From positions 23,374,001-23,438,000 of the forward strand of contig NC_043008.1 of NCBI RefSeq assembly GCF_006345805.1: a stretch of 64,000 nucleotides of DNA, read 5' to 3'. The position numbers and the translations under genes were made by a program. Every line of letters begins with the position of its first letter. The first letter of the stretch is position 1. Origin of the DNA: Octopus sinensis. Taxonomy: Eukaryota. Below are positions 13,547 to 23,027 of this stretch, piece by piece. The notes below the pieces were generated by a model, which saw nothing but the letters and a program-made list of their open reading frames with translations, had not been told where the DNA came from and searched no databases.

Positions 13547-14042
13547 ACACATACACTTACATATATACATACATATATATACGATTGATTTGTTTCAGTT
13601 CCTGTCTACGAAATCCATATATATACATACATATATATATACATACACACACACACACAAAGATAAATTGATAGATACAACTGAGTGAGGAAACAAAAAT
13701 ATGAGACACTGCGTAGTGCTTTTTTATATTTTGATAAGCCTGGTACTTATTCTATCAGTTTCTTCTTGTGAAACCAGTAAGTTATGGGGATGTAAATAAA
13801 CGAACACCAGTTGTGAAGCAGTGATGAGGGAAAAACACAAAGACACACACAGACATACATATATACATACATATACATACAATTGATTTCTTTCAGTTTC
13901 TGTCTACAAAATCCACTGACAAGACTTTGGTTGGTCTGAGGCTATAGCAGAAGACTCATGCCAAGTTACCACACGGTGGGACTGAACTGAGGACCTTGTA
14001 TTTTGGAACCAAGTTTGTTACCACACAGCCACACCTGCACCT
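13547..14042 (-). mobile_element. tRNA-derived SINE, near full length
   Basis: The head cacagccacacctgcacct at the right end and the body are both homologous to the other copies. Confidence 0.75.
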
Positions 14043-15800
14043 ATGTATGTGTGTGTGTGTGTGGGGGGGGGGCAGGGGTGTATATGTGTATATATGTATG
14101 CATGTATATATGTGTATATATATATGTGTACATATTACATGAACATCTATATATATATACATCTAGACATACATGTATACATATACATGTATATCTATAG
14201 AAATACATCTATACATATACATGTATACATATACAGCTATACACAAGGGCCCGGGAACAGGGGGTGCAGCAGGTGCACCTGCACCCCCTAGAATTCTCAG
14301 TGGGTTCAAGATTAAAATTTGCAGCCACATAATCTTACCAGTTTCAGAAAAAAAATGTCTAAAATTTATCGGTATAAAATGCTTAAGTTCGATCTCGTTT
14401 CAAAACAAAGAAAAAAAAAATTAATAATAAATAAAAGTGATGATGCTGGCATAAAATTCCCTAGTGAGTTTATGACCACTAACTTTTGAGTAGTGTCAAA
14501 ATACAAAAAAGTAAGTGACAATAACAACAGTAGCAGCAACAATAACAACAAAACCAGCATGCATGGTTAATTTTGAATATATAGCATTACTTGAATTATT
14601 GAAGACAGCTTCCACCCAGTTAAAATGTGTAACTCTCTCTTTCTGTCTGTCAAATACTTCTCTCCATCTTTCAGTACCACTCCCAAGTTCTTTGTAATTG
14701 GTGTTGCTAAAGATTTAAAATATGGTTGAAGACCGTTTGACCCCAGTCTAAAAACGAAACCCTTTCAAAATTCTTTCAGTCAAAACGATTTTCTCATATA
14801 GGTTGTTAGGTCCAAAATGTGCACGAATAAATTGTTTGAAAGTAAAAACTTTGAAAGGAAACATTTAACTATAAATAATTGCAAACCGAAATTACAAAAT
14901 AAATTTGTAAAGCCACACATCCGCTTCTATTCTTACTCAGTGGTATCCAACACAGCTTTCAACATTTGGTGGACATTGTCTCCGTTTTGTAACCTTTCCT
15001 ATCCTCTTCTTTGTAAAACATTCCCTATCTATTTCTATCGTTCTTTCTCTCTACACATCTTCTTTTCTCTCTTTTCTACCTTTCATTTCTTCCTGTCTCT
15101 ATAACTACCTCCTATCTATCTTTATTGCCTTCTTTCTCTACACTTCCTCTTTCTTTCTATCTGCACTCCCAGGTCAATGCCCCCCCCCCCCGGTCCACCT
15201 TTTTGGTGCAAAACGACCATTCAATATCCCATACCATTATCTGCTTGACCACTGCCTGGGTAAGTGCCTTTTTTTTTTCAACTCCAGCCTAGCATTCACT
15301 TCAGCCTTGATTCCCCTTTTGATTTTTCATTCAATCCTTACTTTCCTTTTGTCTTTATTCCTCTCTATCTGATCATTTGAAAGAGGCAACACAAGAAGGA
15401 AAGCGAAAGACACTGATGAGGTCACTTAGTTCACTTGAGTTCCTTAGGAAATAGTTTCCTTTCAGCATTACTACTAACAAATCGTATCTTAAAGACGTAG
15501 TTTAGGCAGAATGCCTTATATGTTGACAACTTTCATTTTTTATCTTGCCTTAATTCTGTCGTATTATCAATCAAAAATCTTCCTGCGTTTTATATAAAAT
15601 AATATCTGCGTTATGTTTGTTTCCAATACTGTCCTGCTTTTTCATTTTATATAGAAAACACTGATTTAATTAGTTTGATAAGTGCCTCTGCACGAAACTC
15701 TCAAACCTTCAGTCACTATGTAACTTTCACCGATCAATAAATCTATACTTATTTGAGTCTGACTCAACATGAGTTCTATTTTTCATGTTTGAACCACTAC

Positions 15801-15843
15801 GCCTCTGATGAAAACCCAATAAGGTTCGAAAATCGATTAAGGT
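15801..15843 (+). ncRNA. Minimal type-I hammerhead-like motif in a PLE-like terminal fragment
   Basis: gcct-CTGATGA-a.aacc caataa ggtt.c-GAAA-atcgat-TA-aggt. Stem III is palindromic; there is an A/C mismatch at 10.1/11.1. Confidence 0.6.
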
Positions 15844-16083
15844 TGTTCATCTTATTTTCAATCTACGGAGAAATGGCTAAATTTACCCTCTTTATAAATA
15901 TATGATATATATATATCTAAATAGACATTGTGGGTCATTTAGCTTAATGGTAAAGTACTCAGCCAATATCTGAGTTGTATGGGTCGAATGCCATAACCAT
16001 CTGCTGGCAACTTTTTTAAATGGCGGTGCCCCAGCATGGCCACAGCTTGTGAGCTGAAACTAGATGAAATTAAAAAATAAAAA

Positions 16084-16265
16084 ATTGTAACGATACCAGC
16101 TACCAAATGGTTTCATGGTGAATTGGGGCACTGGGTGACCTTAGTAAAGTCATTGGGGAGCATTCCAGCTGATAATCGGCTCGGGATTCTCCCCAATGAC
16201 TTTACTAAGGTCACTCGGGGCCCCAATTCGCTGTGAAACCATTTGGTAGCTGGTATCGTTACGAT
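16084..16265. repeat. 182-bp near-perfect palindrome (MITE-like hairpin)
   Basis: ~77-bp arms flank a ~28-nt loop, and many of the mismatches are CG>TG/CA. Confidence 0.88.
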
Positions 16266-16338
16266 GTCTATTTATAGTTACCCACTACTCTACCTGTAGA
16301 GTGGGCTCTCCTCCAGTTATATGGTTTTACTGTATATT

Positions 16339-16375
<37 letters not shown>

Positions 16376-16457
16376 GAGAGAGAGAGAGAAAGTGATACAA
16401 GCACGCACATATATATACATTAATATATATATTATACATTATAAATATTATATATAT

Positions 16458-16600
16458 TCATCATCACTTAACGTCCGCTTTCCATACTGGCATAGGTTGT
16501 ACTGTTCAACAGGGCCAGAAGCCAAGGGCTACCAGCTCCCATCTAGTTTGGCAAGGTTTTCGTGGCTGGGTGCCCTTCCTAACACCAACTACTTTACAGT
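16458..16600 (-). mobile_element. RTE 3'UTR short fragment
   Basis: catcatcacttaacgtccgctttccat..tgcccttcctaacaccaac. Confidence 0.75.
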
Positions 16601-16746
16601 GTATATTATAGATTTCTGAATCTGCCCACTTGGGGCTGACATTGATAAAAATAGAAGTCAAATCGCAAAGCGGATCATTTGAAAGAGGCAACACAAGAAG
16701 GAAAGCGAAAGACACTGATGAGGTCACAGAAGTGTGACGAAAGAAC

Positions 16747-16785
<39 letters not shown>

Positions 16786-16837
16786 GTAGGTACATATGCA
16801 AGCACACATACACACACACATATACATACGAATGTAT

Positions 16838-17017
16838 GTATTTGTGTGTCTGTATGTCACCCCCACCACCGCTTGATAACTAATGTTGATGCGATTATGC
16901 CCCCGTAACTTTGCGGTTCGGAAAGAGAGGCGATAGAATAAATACAAAGCTTCCAAAGAATAATTCCTGGCATTGATTTGTTCAAATAAAAGACGATGCT
17001 CTAGTATGGCCTATCGT
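16838..17017 (+). mobile_element. tRNA-derived SINE 3' half (diverged)
   Basis: ccccgtaactttgcggttcggaaagagaggcgatagaataaatac matches the family body. Confidence 0.65.
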
Positions 17018-17609
17018 CTTTTGAAACATATTGGATGGGAGGTCATCTTGCTGGTTTTGCCAATAAAAAAACACAGCACTATTTATTTGATGGTCACTAT
17101 TTGTTTTTCAGGTTTTTGTTCGACCAGAGTTCTTTCGTTACAATTCAGTGGCCTTAAACGTGATCCTTTACTTCATTCTTTTTTCTTTCTTGTATCTGCC
17201 CTTTTTAATCATCCGCCATGTTGCATTCAACAGAAATTCAAAATCTTTCTCTATCTCACTCTTTATGCCTGTGTATGTATATACATATAATATGTGTTCA
17301 TACTCAGCGGTCAACATCTGGCCGATATTGTCTTAATTTTCTATCCTGCTCCTCTCGGCTTCTTTCCCCTCTTGTTTGCAAAACATTCCCTATCTATTTC
17401 TACTTGTCTTTCTCTTCACATATCTGCTTCTTTTCTCTCTTTACTCATCTTCATTTTTTCCTCTTATTATCACTTTCAACTACATCCTGTCTACCTTTAT
17501 TTCCTTGACTCCACACTCCCTGATGACATTTCAAGAATATCTGACATTGCTTGAGGCAAATCCAGTTTCCTTAAATGTGTTGGGTTCATCATTTTGAGTT
17601 AGAGAATAA

Positions 17610-18010
17610 GAGATAATCTAACCGTGGAGACACTCCTTAACACTTACTCTAAAGAAGGCCATCTAGATCGTTTAATCTGCAGGGAAGGTGATGGCCTCAA
17701 TATTTTGGATTGCAAAAAGCATCATGTTTATTGACTACTTTCAAAATGCTCTCACCATCAATGGTGAGTGCTGTACTGTGCCACCTTTCTAAGACAGTTG
17801 CGAAAGGCTATCAAGGCCAAACGCAAGGAAAACTGTCAAGTATGTTTTTCTTTCATCGAAACAAATACTCCAGTGCACAAGTAATTGGTTTCGATGGCTG
17901 CCTTTTGTGATTGGCTTCGAACTGCTAAGCCACCCTTCCTACTTTAGTGATTTGACCTCATCTTATTATCTATATCCCCTACATATATATAAAAAAATAC
18001 TCAGTTAGGA
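17610..18010 (+). pseudogene. mariner transposase fragment
   Basis: Translates to AGKVMASIFW..IMFIDY..TING and GFELLSHPSYFSDLTSSYYLYP (a YSPDLAP-like motif). Confidence 0.8.
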
Positions 18011-18646
18011 ACCAATATCATAGTGATGATGTCTTATCAGCTGTTGAAAACTTGCTTAACAGGATAGCTTCTTTTCCAAGGCAACCGAAGCTATGAATCG
18101 CTGAAAGATGTATGTAGATGATCTTTTCTGTTTGATTTTCACTTTTCAATTGCCTCAATTTTGTTCCAATTTCAAAAATGTGTATTGTTCACATGAACTA
18201 AACCAACAGCATGTTTATCCAACATTTCACAGAACTTTATTAAAACTTCCATCATTGAATGTTTTAACATTGTAATGTTGTCACCTTGTACAAAATGCCA
18301 GCTTCCACATCCTGTTCTTTGATTGAGGGAAAAATGATCAAACTTTAAACCTCTGTCACAGTTTTCTAAAGTTTTTCTGGAATAAGTGAATAGCATCAGA
18401 TTCAACGTGAAAAATTACACCAATGTATCAAATTTGAAAATTTTTGCTTAATTTTAAAACTTCTGAAGGTGAAATCAAGCAGAAAAAATTCTAATATTTA
18501 AAAATGAACTTTATTTGGTCACATTCCATGAGAATATATTCGTCAGCCTGTTAATTTTCCAGTCGATCCTCATAATAATAAAAGTTATTATTATTGAACA
18601 TTTGTTTGTTTTGATACCCAAATTAGAAAACTTCGCCTTGTTTGTA

Positions 18647-19276
18647 AAAATTTGGGTACTACAGAAGTGTGGACCTGAGTTCTGAGAATGCGCATGTCAC
18701 AAATTTGCGCACACGCGCCGGTTAGATGTGTGCTACTAGTTGATTTTAACACAGAGGTAAACAACGAGACACACGGACATGCGCTACTTGTAAATGGAGC
18801 AAGGTTATCCATGTAATACAAAAAGAAAATTGCAGATAAATTGAATATAAAAGTGAAAAGTAATCATTAAATACTGGAAAAAACATTCATCTCCCCTAAC
18901 CCTAAACGATCAAACTAAAGCGTTTGGCCCGGTCATAAAAACAAAAAAAAAAAACCCTTAAACCCTAACCCTTAATAAAATATGGGAAAAGCTGGAGATG
19001 AATGTTTTGAAAACATTCTGAACTATCTTTCAGAATGGTTTACTTTTCAATGAAATATCATTTTGTTATTTTTCATGTTTTTATTCAATTTATCTGCAAT
19101 TTTCTTCTTGTATTAGATGGATAACCCACCCTCCATTTACAGCAAGTAGCGCGCGTCTCATTGTTTACCTGTGTGCTAAAATCGACTACTTACGACTAAC
19201 GCGCTCGCATGCACAATTTTGTGACATGCACACTCCCAGAACTCGGATCCACACTTCTCCAGTAGTGCCAAATTTT
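18647..19276. repeat. Imperfect foldback (arms ~18647-18895 and 18992-19276) with CCCTAA-like motifs in the spacer
   Basis: The arms are reverse-complementary, e.g. gaagtgtggacctgagttctgag vs ctcccagaactcggatccacacttc, and ttgcagataaattgaata vs tattcaatttatctgcaa. Confidence 0.8.
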
Positions 19277-19329
19277 GGAACTGAGTTTGCACCCACTAAG
19301 CAAATTTTGTTCCCGGGCCACTGACTATA

Positions 19330-19360
19330 CATATACATGTATACATATACGTGTATATAT

Positions 19361-19407
<47 letters not shown>

Positions 19408-19414
19408 CATATAC

Positions 19415-19493
<79 letters not shown>

Positions 19494-19500
19494 CATATAC
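19330..19500. repeat. (TA)n microsatellite
   Basis: Directly visible. Confidence 0.97.
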
Positions 19501-19674
19501 ATACAAAAGAGAGATGTTTTTGTTTCACTTTTAAGTTAAATATTCTTTTTGCCCATAACACTATTTGACTGTGGTCATGCAGGTGCATATGTATATGTAT
19601 ATGTCAATGTGAATATGGATTAATGTATCTGTGCATATGTACATATATACATAGGTGTACATATATATATAGCC

Positions 19675-20080
19675 AGAGGCATGGTTGTGTGATAAGAAGC
19701 TTGCTTCCAAACCACATGGTTCCAGGTTTAGTTACACTGCATAGCACCTTCAGCATGTATCTTCTATTATAGCCTTGTGCCAACTCAAGTCTTGTGAGTA
19801 GATTTGGTAGATGGAAACTAAAAGAAGCTTGTTGTATATATATGTATATATCTATGTGTGTGTTTCTTTGTATCTGTGTTTATCTCCCACAACTTCTTAA
19901 CAACCGATGTTGGTGCTTTTAAGTCTCAGGGACTTAGCAACTCGGCAAAAGAGACTGATAGGATAAGTACCAGGCCTAGAAGTAAGTCTTAGGGTTGATT
20001 TATTCCACTGAACCGTGTCAAGGTGTTCCAGTATAGCTGCAGTCAAATGAGTGAAAAAAGTATAAAATAAAAGATAAAAG
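19675..20080 (+). mobile_element. tRNA-derived SINE (diverged, full length)
   Basis: tRNA-like head, central (TA/TG)n, and tail gcagtcaaatgagtgaaaaaagt. Confidence 0.75.
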
Positions 20081-20081
20081 A

Positions 20082-20482
20082 TAGGTGTGGCTGTGTGGTA
20101 AGAAGCTAGCTTCTCTACCTCATAGTTTCAGGTTCAGTTCCACTACATGGCACCTTGGGTAAGTGTCCTCTACTATAGCCTCGGGTTGACCAAAGCCTTG
20201 TTTGTGAATTTGATAGATAGAAAGTGAAAGAAACTCCTCATATGTATATATTTATGTGTGTGTGTGTGTCTTTCTGTCTGTGTTTGTCCCCATCTCCATT
20301 TGACAATCAGCGTTGGTGTGTTTACATCCTCATAATTTAATAGTTTGGCAAAAGAGACTGATAGAATAAGTACAAGGCTTAAAAAATAAGTCCTGGGGTC
20401 ATTTGTTTGACTAAAACCTTTCAAGGCAGTGCTCCAGCATGGCCGCAGTCAAATGACTGAAACAAGTAAAAGAATAAAAGAA
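20082..20482 (+). mobile_element. tRNA-derived SINE (full length, tandem to the previous copy)
   Basis: ggctgtgtggtaag..ggttcagttccac head and tail ggccgcagtcaaatgactgaaacaagtaaaagaat. Confidence 0.8.
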
Positions 20483-20504
20483 TATGCATGCATACATACA
20501 TATA

Positions 20505-20860
20505 TCTATATCTATAAAATTCACTGTCTGTGTATGTTTGTTTTCTCTTTGCATGGCCAAACCTGTTGGATCAATCTCTACCAAATTTGGTATGAAGGTT
20601 TTTCATTACTCAGGAGAGGTTCTAGTCGGGGTTAAATTTTGTCCCTTGCTCATATACGGGGCTGTAGCTCCACCTATACAATCCTTTTGATTTTCTTTTT
20701 ACAGTGGTATACTACCAAATTTAGCATGAAGGTTTCTCATTACTCCGGGAATGTTCTAGAGGGGGGGTATGTGTCAAATTTTGGCACTTGCCCATATGGG
20801 GAGGGCTGTAGCCACCCCCACCATACGACCCTTCTGATTTTTTATTTCCGGCGGTATTAT
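20505..20860 (+). mobile_element. Helitron-like non-autonomous 5' fragment with two diverged ~135-bp units
   Basis: Starts TCTATATCTATAAAA; ctaccaaatttggtatgaagg and ctaccaaatttagcatgaagg open the two units. No 3' CTAG/hairpin found. Confidence 0.45.
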
Positions 20861-21099
20861 TCTTTCACATTTGTTAACACTAGAATATTATTTCATTTTT
20901 ATTTTATGTGTTTTTGCTTTTATTGTTTCACTCATATTTTTTCACTTTTAATTTAAATATAACACTAAGACCATCTTATTTTACACATCTACAATACAAT
21001 TACCAGTTAATAATTATCATAGCAGTTACAACATTGCAAGGTATTTATAGTTACATATTAACCCTTAAATATAATTTAATACATGTGCTTAATCTATCT

Positions 21100-21300
21100 A
21101 TCTATCTATCTGTCTGTCTGTCTGTCTGTCTAACTATCTATCTATCTATCTATCTATCTATATATATATATCTATCTATATATCTATCAATATATCTGTA
21201 TCTATATATATCTATATATGTATATATATATATATATAATATATATATATATATATCTATTAATATATCTGTATCTATATATATATATATATATATATGA
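21100..21300. repeat. (CTAT)n/(CTGT)n/(TA)n compound microsatellite
   Basis: Directly visible. Confidence 0.95.
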
Positions 21301-21528
21301 TAGAAATATTAAAATTACTAAGTCTCTCTAAAAGAGAACAGCGGCAGCGTTCCCGGAAAATAATAGTTATCGCCATACTAATATGGCATTCTTATAAAAA
21401 TAAGAATAAAGCTGTCCGCTTATTAGCTCCATGAGGCCATCGCCTTAAGTTAGCTATTTGATACACAAACTGTATCCATATAACCTTCGAACAAGGGAGG
21501 TCAGTCACTCCACACTACTTGACCGGCA

Positions 21529-21570
21529 GCTACAGACGCGTTTCGGGGTATTGCCCCTTTTCAATGCAGC
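21529..21570 (-). ncRNA. Minimal type-I hammerhead ribozyme, U3-A8 variant (copy 1)
   Basis: Minus strand reads gctgca-TTGAAAA-gggg caata cccc-GAAA-cgcg-TC-tgtagc: 6-bp stem I, 4-bp stem II, palindromic stem III, GUC cleavage triplet. Confidence 0.85.
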
Positions 21571-21890
21571 GTAGCCAGCCAGTAGGTGTCGCTTCCGACA
21601 ATCTCTGTTCGATGGTTTTATTTACCTAGTTTCGGTGGAATACATCCACTTGTTTTCAATAATAGAAATATTAAAATTACTAAGTCTCTCTAAAAGAGAA
21701 CAGCGGCAGCGTTCCCGGAAAATAATAGTTATCGCCATACTAATATGGCATTCTTATAAAAATAAGAATAAAGCTGTCCGCTTATTAGCTCCATGAGGCC
21801 ATCGCCTTAAGTTAGCTATTTGATACACAAACTGTATCCATATAACCTTCGAACAAGGGAGGTCAGTCACTCCACACTACTTGACCGGCA

Positions 21891-21932
21891 GCTACAGACG
21901 CGTTTCGGGGTATTACCCCTTTTCAATGCAGT
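21891..21932 (-). ncRNA. Minimal type-I hammerhead ribozyme, U3-A8 variant (copy 2)
   Basis: actgca-TTGAAAA-gggg taata cccc-GAAA-cgcg-TC-tgtagc. Confidence 0.85.
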
Positions 21933-21995
21933 GTAGCCAGCCAGTAGGTGTCGCTTCCGACAATCTCTGTTCGATGGTTTTATTTACCTAGTTTC

Positions 21996-22037
21996 GCTGC
22001 ATTGAAAAGGGGCAATACCCCGAAACGCGTCTGTAGC
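21996..22037 (+). ncRNA. Minimal type-I hammerhead ribozyme, U3-A8 variant (inverted copy 3)
   Basis: gctgcattgaaaaggggcaataccccgaaacgcgtctgtagc read directly on the + strand. Confidence 0.85.
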
Positions 22038-22094
22038 TGCCAGTCAAGTAGTGTGGAGTGACTGACCTCCCTTGTTCGAAGGTTATATGGATAC

Positions 22095-22345
22095 CATCGT
22101 GTCAGAGCTTGGAAAAAGAAAAGCAACCATAGAAATATCAAAAATACTGGAAAGAGACCCCTGAACAGTGAAGAAATTTGTGCAGTCTCCTATTTCTCTC
22201 TGGTCATAGGCAGATAAGGGTAAGTTGAGGGTTGTTTTGAATCGTACTTTGTCATATGTGAAAAGAGATGTTGTACAGAACCCATGTCTGACAAGTAGAG
22301 AAATCTTAAAACGTTGTGGCAGGGAAGGCATATCGAAAACTACCA
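22095..22345 (+). pseudogene. Tc1-like transposase N-terminal (HTH) fragment
   Basis: IVSELGKRKATIEISKILERDP*TVKKFVQ..ADKGKLR..KRDVVQNPCLTSREI. Confidence 0.7.
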
Positions 22346-22392
22346 GCATGGAGAACGGACATTAAATGATGATGATGATGATGATGATGATG
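22345..22392 (+). mobile_element. RTE 3' tail remnant
   Basis: ccagcatggagaacggacattaaat(gat)n. Confidence 0.7.
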
Positions 22393-22614
22393 AGGTGGAA
22401 TTGATTAGAATATGATGATTTTATGTATATTGTTATGAGTATGTGATTATGAATGACCGTATCTATAGGAATGCTTTCATATGATTACCATATTTATGAT
22501 TCTTTGGGGCATCCACAATTATATCCATAAAAACAAGTACATTATTCATGCATATATGAGTTCATATGTTTATACTTTATATACATTTGATGTCTAAAAT
22601 ATTGTATTTTCCAG

Positions 22615-22809
22615 AAGCAGCAACTGTTGTGGTGTATTGACATGAAACTTGGTTACAGTGATTCCCTTGCTATGTTTCAACTCATGAAATACATCAGTAA
22701 CATCTATCTTGATGTTGACACACATCACCTGATTGTTGCAGAGAATGAAACTCCAACCACAGAAGAACTTTCTCTAGAGAAATGTGTCTCAAGAAAGAAA
22801 ACTCACGAA
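22615..22809 (+). CDS. Candidate internal coding exon (65 codons, phase 0-0) of an unidentified host gene
   Basis: Acceptor tattttccag|AAG and donor GAA|gtattg. Only one frame is open (KQQLLWCIDMKLGYSDSLAMFQLMKYISNIYLDVDTHHLIVAENETPTTEELSLEKCVSRKKTHE). The sequence is non-repetitive and has no TE motifs. Confidence 0.55.
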
Positions 22810-23027
22810 GTATTGCAAAATTTATATTTTTTTAATGAGTTTTTATTTCATATATAATATGGGCACACAACATTTTGTATACATATTTATTTGTAACAAG
22901 ATTGATAAACACATCAAACACAGCCACACTGTATAAAACATACAAACATACACAGTGAGTTTGTATGTATCTCATGTCTATGTATGCATATATCAAGTAA
23001 GTGTGTATTTATCTAACTTCCTTATTG

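Larger units (their letters stand above)
14244..19323. mobile_element. Putative non-autonomous hAT-type element (~5.1 kb) with nested repeats
   Basis: TIRs caagggcccgggaaca (14244) and tgttcccgggccactg (ends 19323) match at 14/16; the 8-bp flanks gctataca and actataca match at 7/8. Confidence 0.55.
21301..22094 (-). mobile_element. Retrozyme-like / PLE-terminal non-autonomous element: 362-bp tandem units plus a 100-bp inverted copy
   Basis: Period 362 (21301 vs 21663), with only 2 mismatches seen between units. 21995-22094 is the reverse complement of 21834-21933. Three HHRs and no ORF. Confidence 0.88.

Noticed and set aside
15925-16083. tRNA gene (also considered at 57110-57180 and the SINE heads)
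   Set aside because: A/B-box-like motifs are present but there is no complete cloverleaf; these are SINE heads.
18172-18405. Minus-strand exon or hAT transposase piece
   Set aside because: No convincing splice-site pair and no recognisable motif.
18890-18975. Interstitial telomere
   Set aside because: Only a few imperfect CCCTAA units inside a foldback spacer.
21301-21994. CRISPR array or rDNA-like tandem repeat
   Set aside because: The two units are near-identical along their whole length with no unique spacers, there is no rRNA similarity, and the context is eukaryotic.
22780-22812. METTL25/METTL25B assignment from the KKTHEV-like motif
   Set aside because: Only a 5-residue resemblance to KKSHEV/KKQHEI. 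The upstream sequence does not match my recollection of those proteins and no SAM-binding exon was found, so no symbol is given.
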